A stretch of DNA of 64,000 nt from contig KV454016.1 of assembly GCA_001661245.1 (NCBI GenBank), positions 730,648 to 794,647 of the forward strand. Reading direction: 5' to 3'. The notes beneath the pieces are model-generated. The model did not search any database. It had not been told where the DNA came from and saw only the letters and a program-made list of their open reading frames with translations. The stretch comes from Pachysolen tannophilus NRRL Y-2460. Lineage: Eukaryota. A program made the position numbers and the translations under genes. Positions 22,641 to 33,505 of the stretch are shown in pieces. How positions within the stretch are numbered: the first letter of the stretch is position 1; each line of letters starts with the position of its first letter.

Positions 22641-24410
22641 TTAAACTTCAATGCTACCATAACTCCCAAAACCGTTCCTATCATAATTTTTACTACCATT
22701 GCCATTTTGAATTATATTCTCAGCATCAATTATTTGTCTTTCTAAAGCATCTTTCTTCATTTTTTGAAACCTTTTACTATACATATATGAATCAATTTCT
22801 ATTTCAACTGGGTAGTGCTTATCTCCAAATGGTAAGTGTCTTTTACAATATTCATATAATTTATCATCTTTTTTCATTTCTTGTTCACTTAATTCGAAAA
22901 AATGATCTTGTTCGTAATCTTCTACTTCATCTTCTTCTTCTTCTTGTTGATCTTTGATTGTTGCTCCATCTATACCTTCATTAGTAATATTATTATTATT
23001 ATTATTATTTTTATTGTCGCTATTACTGAATTTACTGATATTAGTCTTGTAAGATAATGATAGTAAAGATTGCTCATAAATTGCCCTTGTTGATGCTTTA
23101 GATGATGCTATTGATGGGGCCCTATTACCAATCCCATTTTTATTCATTACCAGCAATAAAGGTGTCTTGGAATTATAATTACTATTGTTATTATTTGCAT
23201 TCAGTTGTTGAATTAATATTGCCTCAGATGATGAAGGTAACCAGTATTTTTTAGAACCTCCTTCTGAATATCTCATTCCTTGATTAATTCTAGCCATACG
23301 TGATTGTGATAATGGATGTGCAATTAACGCTTCAACACTATCGAAATTTCTATATGTGAAGCCTTCTCCTTTAAATGTAACTTGAAAATCATATACCAAA
23401 TCCCCTATTCCAAAACAATCTTTTAAAGCATTTTTAAATTTTAAACGTGAGCAATTTGGAAGATGTTTTACATCAAATTCTTTATAATTAAAAGAATACC
23501 AATGTCCTAAGGCAAAACCTATTAATTCAACACATAACATTGCATTTTGAATTGCAATAGCAGCATTATTTTCATTATTTTTTAATGATCCCTTTTCTGG
23601 TTCAAAATCAAACAAACCAAGCCAATTCATCATTGCTAACAATACACCTTGCCAATAAGATACAAATATAATAAATTTAACACAAAGAAATTTCCCCCAT
23701 GGATTGAATGGTTTTAAATCATTATACAAGCATTTCCAAAAAATAGCTAATGCATATAACGACATCGTAGCACTCATGTTATATATGATACCTGTCCAGA
23801 TATAAACATTGAACAACCCAACATCATTAACATTATAAGTCCCTAACATTTGTGATATTGATATTATGAGACATAAAAATGGTTTGATCCAAACATATTG
23901 TAAAATTTCCCTTTTTAAAGTTAAAAAAGTCAATGGATCACTAATATCTATCAGAGGTAACAAATAGCTTAAAGGTTTTGGATGATATACAGGCATCCTC
24001 CCAGATGTCTTGAAGATAATAGCTCTCTCACCTCCTAACATCATTGTTAATAAACTGAAAAAAGTATAAATAACAAACGCTTCATATATCTCTCTTATCG
24101 GATCAACAAATTTTGAATAATTTGGAGAAGTCAACGCTATATAACAAGTTGTAGCATATAAAGGTACCATTATCTGTATCCTCACAATAAGTCTCTGCTC
24201 AAATGGTTTCCTATAGTTGATAAACTGTAAATAAATCGCATAGATTGAGATCAAAATCGAAGCAAGACTAGAGAAACCACATATTAACATTATATAACTT
24301 TTTTTAAAAAAACCCCTTGCTAGTTAGTATTTATATATATATATATTACAACAATACTTCAATAGATCAATCATCAGTTAAATCACTTACTCCGGCAATA
24401 TATATTCCAT
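22641..24410 (-). CDS. HFL1: TMEM184/OSTalpha-family vacuolar membrane protein Hfl1, two exons (24410-24391, 24297-22641)
   Basis: NYRKPFEQRLIVRIQIMVPLY, REIYEAFVIYTFF, KFLCVKFIIFVSYWQG, GMRYSEGGSKKYWLP. Upstream exon ATG GAA TAT ATA TTG CCG GA; GTAAGT donor at 24390; TACTAAC at 24329-24323; AAG acceptor ending 24298; gives MEYILPDYIMLICG. Confidence 0.88.
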
Positions 24411-24441
24411 TGTTTCCGTCTGTTTGTTGTTTTTTCAAGAA

Positions 24442-26796
24442 ATGTTGTTGTTTGATTTCATAAAATGTTTGTTAATGATAATTAACTTATCTTTAGGAGC
24501 AGGCATATCAACGCATTTAGCAATATCATCAAGAATTTTAAATATTAATAACAACAACGAATTACATAGAGAATACTTGTTGAGTGGATCATTCTTCCCA
24601 GATTGTTTTTATAATTGCTTAGAACTATCAAATATAAGTGAGTTAATCCATTGGCCCCCTTTTCTTTATGAGTTGGTCAAGTATTATCATAAGAACAATA
24701 CCAAGGTTGAACCTGATGAGTTTAAGAGTTTTTGTTATGGTGTGTTATCTCATCAAATTGCTGATAATTCATGGCATTCTATAAGGTTGAATCAAGGGTT
24801 GTTGAAGTATATGGCAAATGTTGAATTCAATAATAATATGAATGTGGCGCATCAGTTTATTGATTCAGGAGGTGATTTTATATTATTGCACAAGTTGTTT
24901 CAAAATAATGACTCTGATGGAGAGGAACGTTTAAAAGATTTTTTTAAGACAAATTGGGTTTATCCAATTGATGATATAGTTGAAATTTTTGCTAATTTGG
25001 GGTACGGTAATGTCATTAATAAAGACAACTTACAATATTGTATGATGAGTGGTTATTCTGCTTTACAGATTGAATTGAGTTCTTCTTTAAATTCAATATC
25101 AAGTCCTGTCAATTATTATCTAGCAGAATCACCAATTTTTCAAGAACTTTACGATGATTATTATCTTGGTGGTACCCAGGAAATCATGAATACCATTAAC
25201 AAGTGTGTTTCCAATCTTAAAAATTGGTTTGATAATATTGATGAAATTAAAGATCCATGGACTATTTGTGATAGTTTTATTAAACCAAGAGCAGAGTTGA
25301 AAGAACCTCAAGTTTATAATAATTCTCTCAAGATTGAGCACATTGAGGATTCCATACATATCTCACCTTTTGTGCCAATGTCATACTTTGGTTCATCGAT
25401 AACTACAGGGAAATTTTTAAGCGACAAAGACGGTGAATGCATTGCTATAGGATCTCCATTTGAAGAAAATTCAGGATCAGTTTATGTTATACCTATAAAG
25501 GAGTTATTGATGTCTAAAGACTTTGGATCAGTAGTGAAATTGTCATCTCCTTTATTTTTAGAAAATACTGAAAACAGCGATTCTAATCAATTACAATCGT
25601 TCCCGTCTAGGTACGGTTATAAATCTTTAAGATTTATGGAGAAATTTTTAATTGTATCTTCTCCAGGGTTATCAAAATTAGATTTTTATTTTAAAAACAA
25701 ACTTCTCTTGACATTGATAAATAAGAAAAGCTCAATTTTTTATGGGGCAAAAGGATTAAAACAAATAGGAGTAAATTTATTCTCTAAAGAGAATGGCGAT
25801 GTTATAGTTAGCTCAAAATACAGTGATAATTATGATGAAGGTGGAAATCGTGGTAAACAAAGAGGTTTTGTAAGTGTGTTGAATGGTAAGTTACTTTTAG
25901 AAAAATTATTACAAAATTTGCAAACTAGAAATGGTGCTGTAGCTCAAGAGATGAGTGATTTTGAAACTGAAGGGAGTGATTTCCATTTACCAACATCGTT
26001 ATCTCAATTCACAGAGTATGAAAACTTTGGAAGTGTAATTGCATCATCATCATCCAAGACATTCATTGGTGTTGGTAGTTTAGGAATTGTTGTTGTATTT
26101 GAAAACAGTTGGCCAATTGCAATTATTAAAAAGGATAGCATTTATTATGGCATAGATAAATTTGTTAATGATAATATTAGACAAAATTGGGGTAGCAATT
26201 TTGTTAAATTAAATTCTAAAAACTCTGGAAGTTTTGCTAATGGTAATATTGCAACACTTAATATTTTAAATGAAGATTTTTTAGTTGTTGGTGCGCATAC
26301 TGAAACTATTCAAGGTTGTATCAATTGTGGGGTTGGTTATTTGTACAAATTTGAAGGGATTAGAATAAAATTAGTTTCTAAAATTTTCTTGAAGTCAACA
26401 TTTTCAAATTCGAATTCAAATTTTTTTTACAATTTTAAAGTCCAAGGTGATAAACTTTACGTATCAGCGTTAGGATATCACAAAGTAGGAGCTATATTCA
26501 GTATAAATTTGAATCAAGTAATAAACAATTATTACCAAGAATATCAATTCAATTTACCAGACTACATATTAGATTACCAAATCAATGATGCTTTGGATCT
26601 TAAGATATTAGGTCCTTCAAATGTTGGATTCACAGGATTTGGAAGAGAATTTGAATTAGTTACAATTGATAATAGTGAAGAAGATGATACGGAGACACAA
26701 CAAATGGTTATTGTTGGAATGCAATATTTTGGGTACGGAGAGCTTTATGATGATAGCATGAAATTAGTTGGGAAAGTGGGTCTTTATTGGGTATAG
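24442..26796 (+). CDS. GPI-specific phospholipase D-like secreted protein (YJL132W-like): Zn-dependent phospholipase domain plus FG-GAP-like repeats
   Basis: Signal peptide, then GISTHLAI, GSFFPDCFY, IHWPPFL, GVLSHQIADNSWHS, HQFIDSGGD, matching GPLD1 catalytic motifs; FG-GAP-like IAIGSPF..GSVYV and LVVGAH..GVGYLY. Confidence 0.85.
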   Translation: MLLFDFIKCLLMIINLSLGAGISTHLAISSRILNINNNNELHREYLLSGSFFPDCFYNCLELSNISELIHWPPFLYELVKYYHKNNTKVEPDEFKSFCYGVLSHQIADNSWHSIRLNQGLLKYMANVEFNNNMNVAHQFIDSGGDFILLHKLFQNNDSDGEERLKDFFKTNWVYPIDDIVEIFANLGYGNVINKDNLQYCMMSGYSALQIELSSSLNSISSPVNYYLAESPIFQELYDDYYLGGTQEIMNTINKCVSNLKNWFDNIDEIKDPWTICDSFIKPRAELKEPQVYNNSLKIEHIEDSIHISPFVPMSYFGSSITTGKFLSDKDGECIAIGSPFEENSGSVYVIPIKELLMSKDFGSVVKLSSPLFLENTENSDSNQLQSFPSRYGYKSLRFMEKFLIVSSPGLSKLDFYFKNKLLLTLINKKSSIFYGAKGLKQIGVNLFSKENGDVIVSSKYSDNYDEGGNRGKQRGFVSVLNGKLLLEKLLQNLQTRNGAVAQEMSDFETEGSDFHLPTSLSQFTEYENFGSVIASSSSKTFIGVGSLGIVVVFENSWPIAIIKKDSIYYGIDKFVNDNIRQNWGSNFVKLNSKNSGSFANGNIATLNILNEDFLVVGAHTETIQGCINCGVGYLYKFEGIRIKLVSKIFLKSTFSNSNSNFFYNFKVQGDKLYVSALGYHKVGAIFSINLNQVINNYYQEYQFNLPDYILDYQINDALDLKILGPSNVGFTGFGREFELVTIDNSEEDDTETQQMVIVGMQYFGYGELYDDSMKLVGKVGLYWV

Positions 26797-26842
26797 AACA
26801 TAAATAACATAGATTTTAAAATAAATATATACAGAGGGATTT

Positions 26843-28080
26843 TTAGACTGTTATTTCTTTTTGTGCTTCAAATAATTTTTGCTTTTTCAATTCTGTCTTT
26901 AACCTTAATTTTTCCAGTCTTTCTTGTTTTTTCTTATTTTTCAATTCTTTCAATTCTTCTTTATTAATTTCTTTTTCTTTACCTTTTAATTTTAAAACAA
27001 ATTTATCATTTATATCTCCTTCAATTGATAAATTGTTTTTAATAGAATATTCTTCAACAAAGATTTTAACTGTTTCAATTAATTTTTCTCTTCTAATTAT
27101 TTCCAAATCGGATAATTTTTTAGAAAAATTAATAGGTATTTCATTATCATTATCATCATTTTCTTCATCTTTATTATTTTGATCAAAATTTTCCTTTTCC
27201 AGTTTAGTTAACAATTTTTCAAAACTTTCAGATTTTCTTAAATCTCTTCTATTACCAATAAAGATATTTACTTTAAAACCTTTTTCTAAATGAGATAAAA
27301 TTTCATTTTTTTTTGACCTTCTAAATCATTTGTAGAAATATTCCAATTAATTTTAATAATTTTTATAGAATGATCTTTTGTTAAATTTTGTTTATTACTA
27401 TATTGGTTAGGCTTTGATAGGGCCATTTCTTTTGTTCTTAATTCATGTAAATAATCAGAATAAACTTTTAAAGCAGCTTCTTGATCAATTTTTTTAATTA
27501 AAGGTAATAGTTCTCCATTATGTTCTCTCTTATCAACAATTTGTAAACCTTCTTCATCAAGATTTAAAGTTTGAACTAATTTTAAAATTGTTGATTGTTG
27601 AATACCTTTACCAGGAACTATAGTCAAGATTTTTCCTCTTGAGTTAACTCGTCTAACTGCTTTAATAATCACTTTGACTGCTTCAATAGCTCTTTCTGAA
27701 CCTGTAGTAAATTGAAATATTTCTTTTTTATTTAATTTATTATTATTACGTTTACCATAATATTCAGTATTATCTGCAAACCTAGAACTACTCTTAACAT
27801 AACTGTCCTTTGTCGGATGAAACTTCTTCCTAGTATCCAAATGAAGCAGATTTAACGAAGGAGGCTGCTGTGGAAACTGTTGTTGTTGTTGTTTTTGTTG
27901 TTGTTGCTGCTGTTTTGGTGTATTAATCTTTCTTTTTTCAATCTGTGAGATGATATCTTCCAATGAGTTAATATCAAATAATACTCTAGTGGAAGAAACT
28001 AATCGTTTATTCAAACTAAATCGACAAAGCCCAACACATGAAACTCTGCTATACCCAAGAACTGATGACTTCAAAATCAT
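26843..28080 (-). CDS. AIM23: Mitochondrial translation initiation factor 3 (Aim23), interrupted by a 1-nt frameshift at the A9 run 27314-27306
   Basis: Presequence; FTTGSERA, GLQIV..LPLIK, IKIIKINWNISTNDLEGQK. Adding one A continues KNEILSHLEKGFKVNIFI into the 26843-27214 ORF (~412 aa). Adjacent to the YJL132W-like gene as in S. cerevisiae. Confidence 0.82.
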
Positions 28081-28104
28081 AGCCACCTCTTCCAATAAAT
28101 AAAT

Positions 28105-28139
<35 letters not shown>

Positions 28140-28962
28140 CATAGATCAAGATGTACCTTTTGAAACTTTTTTTCTTATATATTTAATACTGTGATTCTCG
28201 TTAAATCTCCAAATAGGAGAAGTTTAAAAATAAACTTCCAAGTAGGAGAAGATATATTTTTAAAAAAAATTTTTTTTTCCAAAAAATCTTCTCCGACAAC
28301 TTATTTACTTCTTTTGGAAATTTTTCTTTTTCTTTTTTTTCTTTATTTTTTCTTCGGAATTGTTTCCGTTTTAGGAAAATCAGCAAAAGGGCAAAAAAAA
28401 AGGAAAGAAAACAAAATTCCCGAGTCTTGCCCGAGTCTTATTGTTCAGTCTTAGTTCTGGAACGAGTCAAAATTGATAAAAAGATAAGAAAATATGTGTG
28501 TACATCCATCCCACTTTAACCATCAATGTGAAAGGAAAGGAAAAGAGTCAAAAAGAAAGAAAGTACCGTTCCGCGTCGGCCAAGAATGCAAAAAAAATGA
28601 GCAACCACGGGGCAGAGCTCCTTTGAAAAAATGGAACTGTAGGCCTTTCCAAGATACTTGATCCTGATTACCTAGTGAGTGAATGGTGTGAGTATGGGTG
28701 AATGGGTGGGATGGATACAGGTATCGGCAGCAGCTAATTGCAGTAGTGTCTGCCGCTTCTACTGCTACTGCCTGCTATCTGCTGCCTGCCACTATTACTG
28801 CCGTTTCTTCTTTTTGGCTTATCCCACCAAATCTAATACAATTTTACTGTTTAAATTTTCCAAAGATAGTAAAGAAGTTTTTAGATATCAATAATCCTTT
28901 AAATTAATTATTTTATAAGTAATTTTTAATTTCATTATTAAATTTTTTTTTATAAAATAGTT

Positions 28963-30035
28963 ATGTTTAAAGGATTAATCAATTGTAATAGATTAATCAA
29001 TCGTAATAGATTTTTTACAACAATGTCGAAACCAAAAGTATTACAATTACCACCAGTTAGATTTGCTCAAGAGAAATGGCAAGAATTAGCTGATTTAGGA
29101 GTTGAAGTTATTACTACTGATGTTAATAATAGACAAGATTTTTTAAAAGAATTAACTAGTGATAAATATAATAATCTTATTGGTATTGCTAGAACTTTTG
29201 AAAGTGTTAAAATTACTGGTAGGTTTGATGAAGAATTAATTGAGAAATTACCATCATCTGTTAAAGTTATTGCACATAATGGTGCTGGATATGATCAAGT
29301 TGATGTTGAACCATTAATTAAAAAAAAATACAATTATCAAATGTTCCAAGTTTAGTTGATGGTCCAACAGCAGATACAAATGTTTTTTTAATTCTTTCAT
29401 GTTTAAGAAATTTTCAAGAAAGTCATGATCATTTAATTGCAGGAGAATGGTTAACTAAAAAATGTGGTGGTACACCAATTGGTAATGATCCAACAGGTAA
29501 AATTGTTGGAATATTTGGTATGGGAGGTATTGGTAGAGCTGTAAGAGATAGATTAAAACCTTTTGGATTTAAAGAAATTATTTATCATAATAGGAAAAAA
29601 CTTTCACCTGATTTAGAAAATGGTGCTAATTATGTTTCATTTGAAGAATTATTAACTAAATCTGATATAATTTCAATTAATATTCCATTAAATCCAAATA
29701 CAAAACATATTATTAATCAACAAGCTATTGATAAAATGAAAAAAGGTGTTATTATAGTAAATACTGCTCGTGGTGCAGTTATAGATGAATCAATTTTACC
29801 TAAAAATATTAAATCTGGTAAAATTAAAGCTTTTGGAAGTGATGTTTTCGAAAATGAACCAAAAATTTCTTCTGATTTAATTAATTTACCAAATGTTATA
29901 AGTCTTCCACATATGGGTACACATACTTTTGAAACTATGAAAGCTATGGAAGAATTTGTTGTTGAAAATATTGAATCTTATTTAAATTCAGGTAAAGTTA
30001 AAGCAATAGTTCCAGAACAATCATCTCTCTTCTAA
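28963..30035 (+). CDS. GOR1: D-2-hydroxyacid dehydrogenase / glyoxylate reductase (Gor1-like), interrupted by a 1-nt frameshift at A9 29320-29328
   Basis: TGRFDEEL, HNGAGYDQVD; after +1 A: IQLSNVPSLVDGPTADT, VGIFGMGGIG, VNTARGAVIDE, DVFENEP, LPHMGT. About 357 aa when joined. Confidence 0.85.
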
Positions 30036-30879
30036 CATATATATATATTTTTTTTAAAACAATAATCAATTCTATATAATCACATAAGATTGATAAAAAA
30101 AAAATTAAAAATTTTTTAAACAAAACTTATTATATAATTATTTTAACTAATCAATTACAACATTAATCATTAAAAGAATCTAATCTATCTTTACATCTTT
30201 TTATCGGCTTAAACTACTTCATTTAAATCAGATCCAATTCGTCATCATTTCTTTTTATAATATTAAACGATCCGGGTAAAAATTTTTTTTTTTTTTTGCT
30301 TCAAAGCAAAAATTTTCTTTTCCTTATTAAATTCATTCAAATTTCTCTTATTATCATTTGTACAAATTGTTGATGGTAAATGGAAGGGTTTATCGTACTT
30401 AAAAAAAAAAATTAAAAAAAATTAATCTTTACAATCTTTAATACAGTCATCCATTATATCAATTATACATATCAATTATACATATATAAATATATATAAA
30501 TATATATTAAATAAAATTGTAACAATTTACGATTTACAATTAATATAATTCCATCTATATATATATATATATATATATTCAAATTTGATATTGGCTTCAA
30601 CAATTTTTCAGTATTAGAAAATTAACGTTATAATTACAATTACACCATTTATATTCCTATTATTTCTACCATTTGTTTTTCTTTCGGATGGATTATGACC
30701 ACAATAAGATAACAAGTATAATTATTAAACAAGACAAAAGATAAGTAATTTCCAATTTTCTTTTCAACTTTTTTCAACTTTTCAATTTTTTCAATTTTTC
30801 AACTTTTCAGTCTTTTTTTTTAACTAAAAATTTTTTACTTTTTTTATTTTTTTCTAGGTGTTGAAATTTTTTGAAAAAT

Positions 30880-32070
30880 ATGCCTTTTCAAATATTTAAA
30901 GATAAATCAGAGATAAGATCAGATATAATGGCGAAACCTGCTGTTGTGATAGATAACGATTCATTTCACGAGAATAATAATAATAACAATATTAAGAATA
31001 ATGATAATAATAGCAGCAGCACAGTAGTAGATGATGAAAATTCTCCTATAGAAATTGATTATGAGGCTCTCCCTGAAAATTCATCACTTTTGGCTCAATT
31101 ATTGGCTGGAGCATTTGCAGGTATATCGGAACATGCTATAATGTTTCCAATAGATGCTATAAAGACAAGGATGCAAATTTCAAAAACAAGTTTACCAAAA
31201 GGTATAATAGCTTCTGTATCAAAAATTTCATCAACTGAAGGAGCAACTGTATTATGGAGAGGTATAAGTTCAATGATATTAGGTGCTGGACCTGCTCATG
31301 CAGTATATTTTTCAGTTTTTGAATCTACAAAGACATTGATGGTCAATTATATGTATCATGCAAATAATAAAAGTTATATCACGGATGGTAATCATCCTTT
31401 AATTGCTTCGTTTTCAGGAGTAGCAGCCACCACTGCATCAGATGCATTGATGACTCCATTTGATACTTTAAAACAGCGAATGCAACTGTTACAACCGACA
31501 AAAGATCCACCACCACCTTTGGGTCTGGGTCTGGGTCTGGGTCTGGCATCTTCTTCTTCTACTACTACTACTACTACTGCATCATCTTCAATCCAATCTT
31601 TGGAGCAAAAGACAAAATCAATGAATTTATTCAAATTGGCAAGTTATATGTATAAACATGAAGGTTTTAGTACTTTTTATGTTTCTTATCCAACAACTTT
31701 ATCAATGAATATTCCATTTGCTGCTTTAAATTTTGGAGTTTATGAATGGTCATCATCAATCTTAAACCCAGAAAATAAATATAACCCTTTATTACATTGT
31801 GTAAGTGGAGGTATATCAGGAGCAATTGCTGCTGCAATAACAACTCCTTTGGATTGTATAAAAACTGCTTTACAAACAAGAGGTATATCATCAGATCCAA
31901 ACTTGAGAAAGGCAAGAGGATTTAAAGATGCTACCATCGCCTTATATAAACAGAACGGATACCTGGCTTTTATGAGAGGTTTAAGGCCAAGAGTGGTTTT
32001 TAATGTCCCTTCAACTGCAATTTGTTGGACAGCTTATGAAATGGCAAAAGCATACTTGATCAAAGACTAG
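30880..32070 (+). CDS. MRS3: Mitochondrial iron carrier (mitoferrin, Mrs3/Mrs4)
   Basis: IDYEALP, AGAFAGISEHAIMFPIDAIKTRMQ, GAGPAHAVYF, three PxDxxKxR/K carrier motifs, PSTAICWTAYEMAK. Confidence 0.9.
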   Translation: MPFQIFKDKSEIRSDIMAKPAVVIDNDSFHENNNNNNIKNNDNNSSSTVVDDENSPIEIDYEALPENSSLLAQLLAGAFAGISEHAIMFPIDAIKTRMQISKTSLPKGIIASVSKISSTEGATVLWRGISSMILGAGPAHAVYFSVFESTKTLMVNYMYHANNKSYITDGNHPLIASFSGVAATTASDALMTPFDTLKQRMQLLQPTKDPPPPLGLGLGLGLASSSSTTTTTTASSSIQSLEQKTKSMNLFKLASYMYKHEGFSTFYVSYPTTLSMNIPFAALNFGVYEWSSSILNPENKYNPLLHCVSGGISGAIAAAITTPLDCIKTALQTRGISSDPNLRKARGFKDATIALYKQNGYLAFMRGLRPRVVFNVPSTAICWTAYEMAKAYLIKD

Positions 32071-32165
32071 AAGTTTTTTTTAAAAAAAAAAGAAATAAGA
32101 AAAAAAAAGAAAATAAAAAAAAAAAAAAAAAACTAAACAACAACAAATAATATATATATATATAT

Positions 32166-32507
32166 NNNNNNNNNNNNNNNNNNNNNNNNNNNNNNNNNNN
32201 NNNNNNNNNNNNNNNNNNNNNNNNNNNNNNNNNNNNNNNNNNNNNNNNNNNNNNNNNNNNNNNNNNNNNNNNNNNNNNNNNNNNNNNNNNNNNNNNNNNN
32301 NNNNNNNNNNNNNNNNNNNNNNNNNNNNNNNNNNNNNNNNNNNNNNNNNNNNNNNNNNNNNNNNNNNNNNNNNNNNNNNNNNNNNNNNNNNNNNNNNNNN
32401 NNNNNNNNNNNNNNNNNNNNNNNNNNNNNNNNNNNNNNNNNNNNNNNNNNNNNNNNNNNNNNNNNNNNNNNNNNNNNNNNNNNNNNNNNNNNNNNNNNNN
32501 NNNNNNN
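32166..32507. other. Assembly gap (N run)
   Basis: 342 N; both flanks carry near-identical poly-A/ACAA/(AT)n sequence. Confidence 0.99.
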
Positions 32508-32521
32508 AAAAAAAACTACAC

Positions 32522-32557
<36 letters not shown>

Positions 32558-32809
32558 CTGTTTTTCTTCTTCTATCATCCAACAATGATATCTTCATTCA
32601 TCCATCACCATTATCTTGTAAAATTGTGTTTTAATGTTTTATGTTTTACGCTTTCTTGTTAGTGTTGCTTTTTTTTCTTTTATTTGCAATTTTTTATTTT
32701 TCGGTATATATTTAAGTAACGCGCGTATATATAATAAAAAAAACCCAAAAAAATAAATAAATAAAATAAATAAACAAATAAGTTTGATATTGGATTAGTT
32801 GTAGATAAG

Positions 32810-33388
32810 ATGGATAATGTTGATAGTGGAGCTGGCGGTCAGCTGGAGCATCAGAATCAGTATCAGCAGCAGCAGCAACAACAACAACAGTCATCGTATA
32901 CTCCGCAGACAAATAATATAATACATTCGTTAAACGATTTACAATTGGGGTTGACTGAATCTCAAAAGATTTTAAATAATACAAAGAAGCTTTCATTAGA
33001 AAATGAGTTAAGTAATTTAATCAATATAAATAATACTGTATCGAATTTGTTTGAAAGTGTGGATCAGTCATCGACTTCGTTGAAGAATTTTATCAATCAT
33101 ACTGAACAATCGAATGAATTGTTAAATTTATATATAAAGATTTTGTCTCAAAATAGTTATACTTTGGATTTGATTAAAAATAATAAAAGTTGGAAAGGTA
33201 TTAATGAACATAACTATTACTATGATATGAAACTGCAAAAAGTTCATGAATTAAGTGAAAGGTTAAATCATTTGAAACTGAGGAAACTGGAAAGACATAG
33301 AAAGAAAAATAATAAAACAGGTAGTATCAATACTACTACTACAAGTGGTGCTACTAGTATTAATAAGATTACAACCAAAAAAAGGTAA
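32810..33388 (+). CDS. DUO1: DASH/Dam1 kinetochore complex subunit Duo1
   Basis: LENELSNLININNTVSNL...SNELLNLYIKILSQNSYTLDLIKNNKSWKG matches the Duo1 core (L..W.xILSQ...LI....W.G); Q-rich N-terminus, basic C-terminus. Confidence 0.75.
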   Translation: MDNVDSGAGGQLEHQNQYQQQQQQQQQSSYTPQTNNIIHSLNDLQLGLTESQKILNNTKKLSLENELSNLININNTVSNLFESVDQSSTSLKNFINHTEQSNELLNLYIKILSQNSYTLDLIKNNKSWKGINEHNYYYDMKLQKVHELSERLNHLKLRKLERHRKKNNKTGSINTTTTSGATSINKITTKKR

Positions 33389-33505
33389 AATTATAATTAA
33401 AGAGTGTATATGTAATATATAATAATTGTTCACAATTAATATTAAGATGAAAGGTAGGTGATAAAGAAAATAAAAAAAAGGGAAAAAAGATTCTGTGTTT
33501 TGTTA

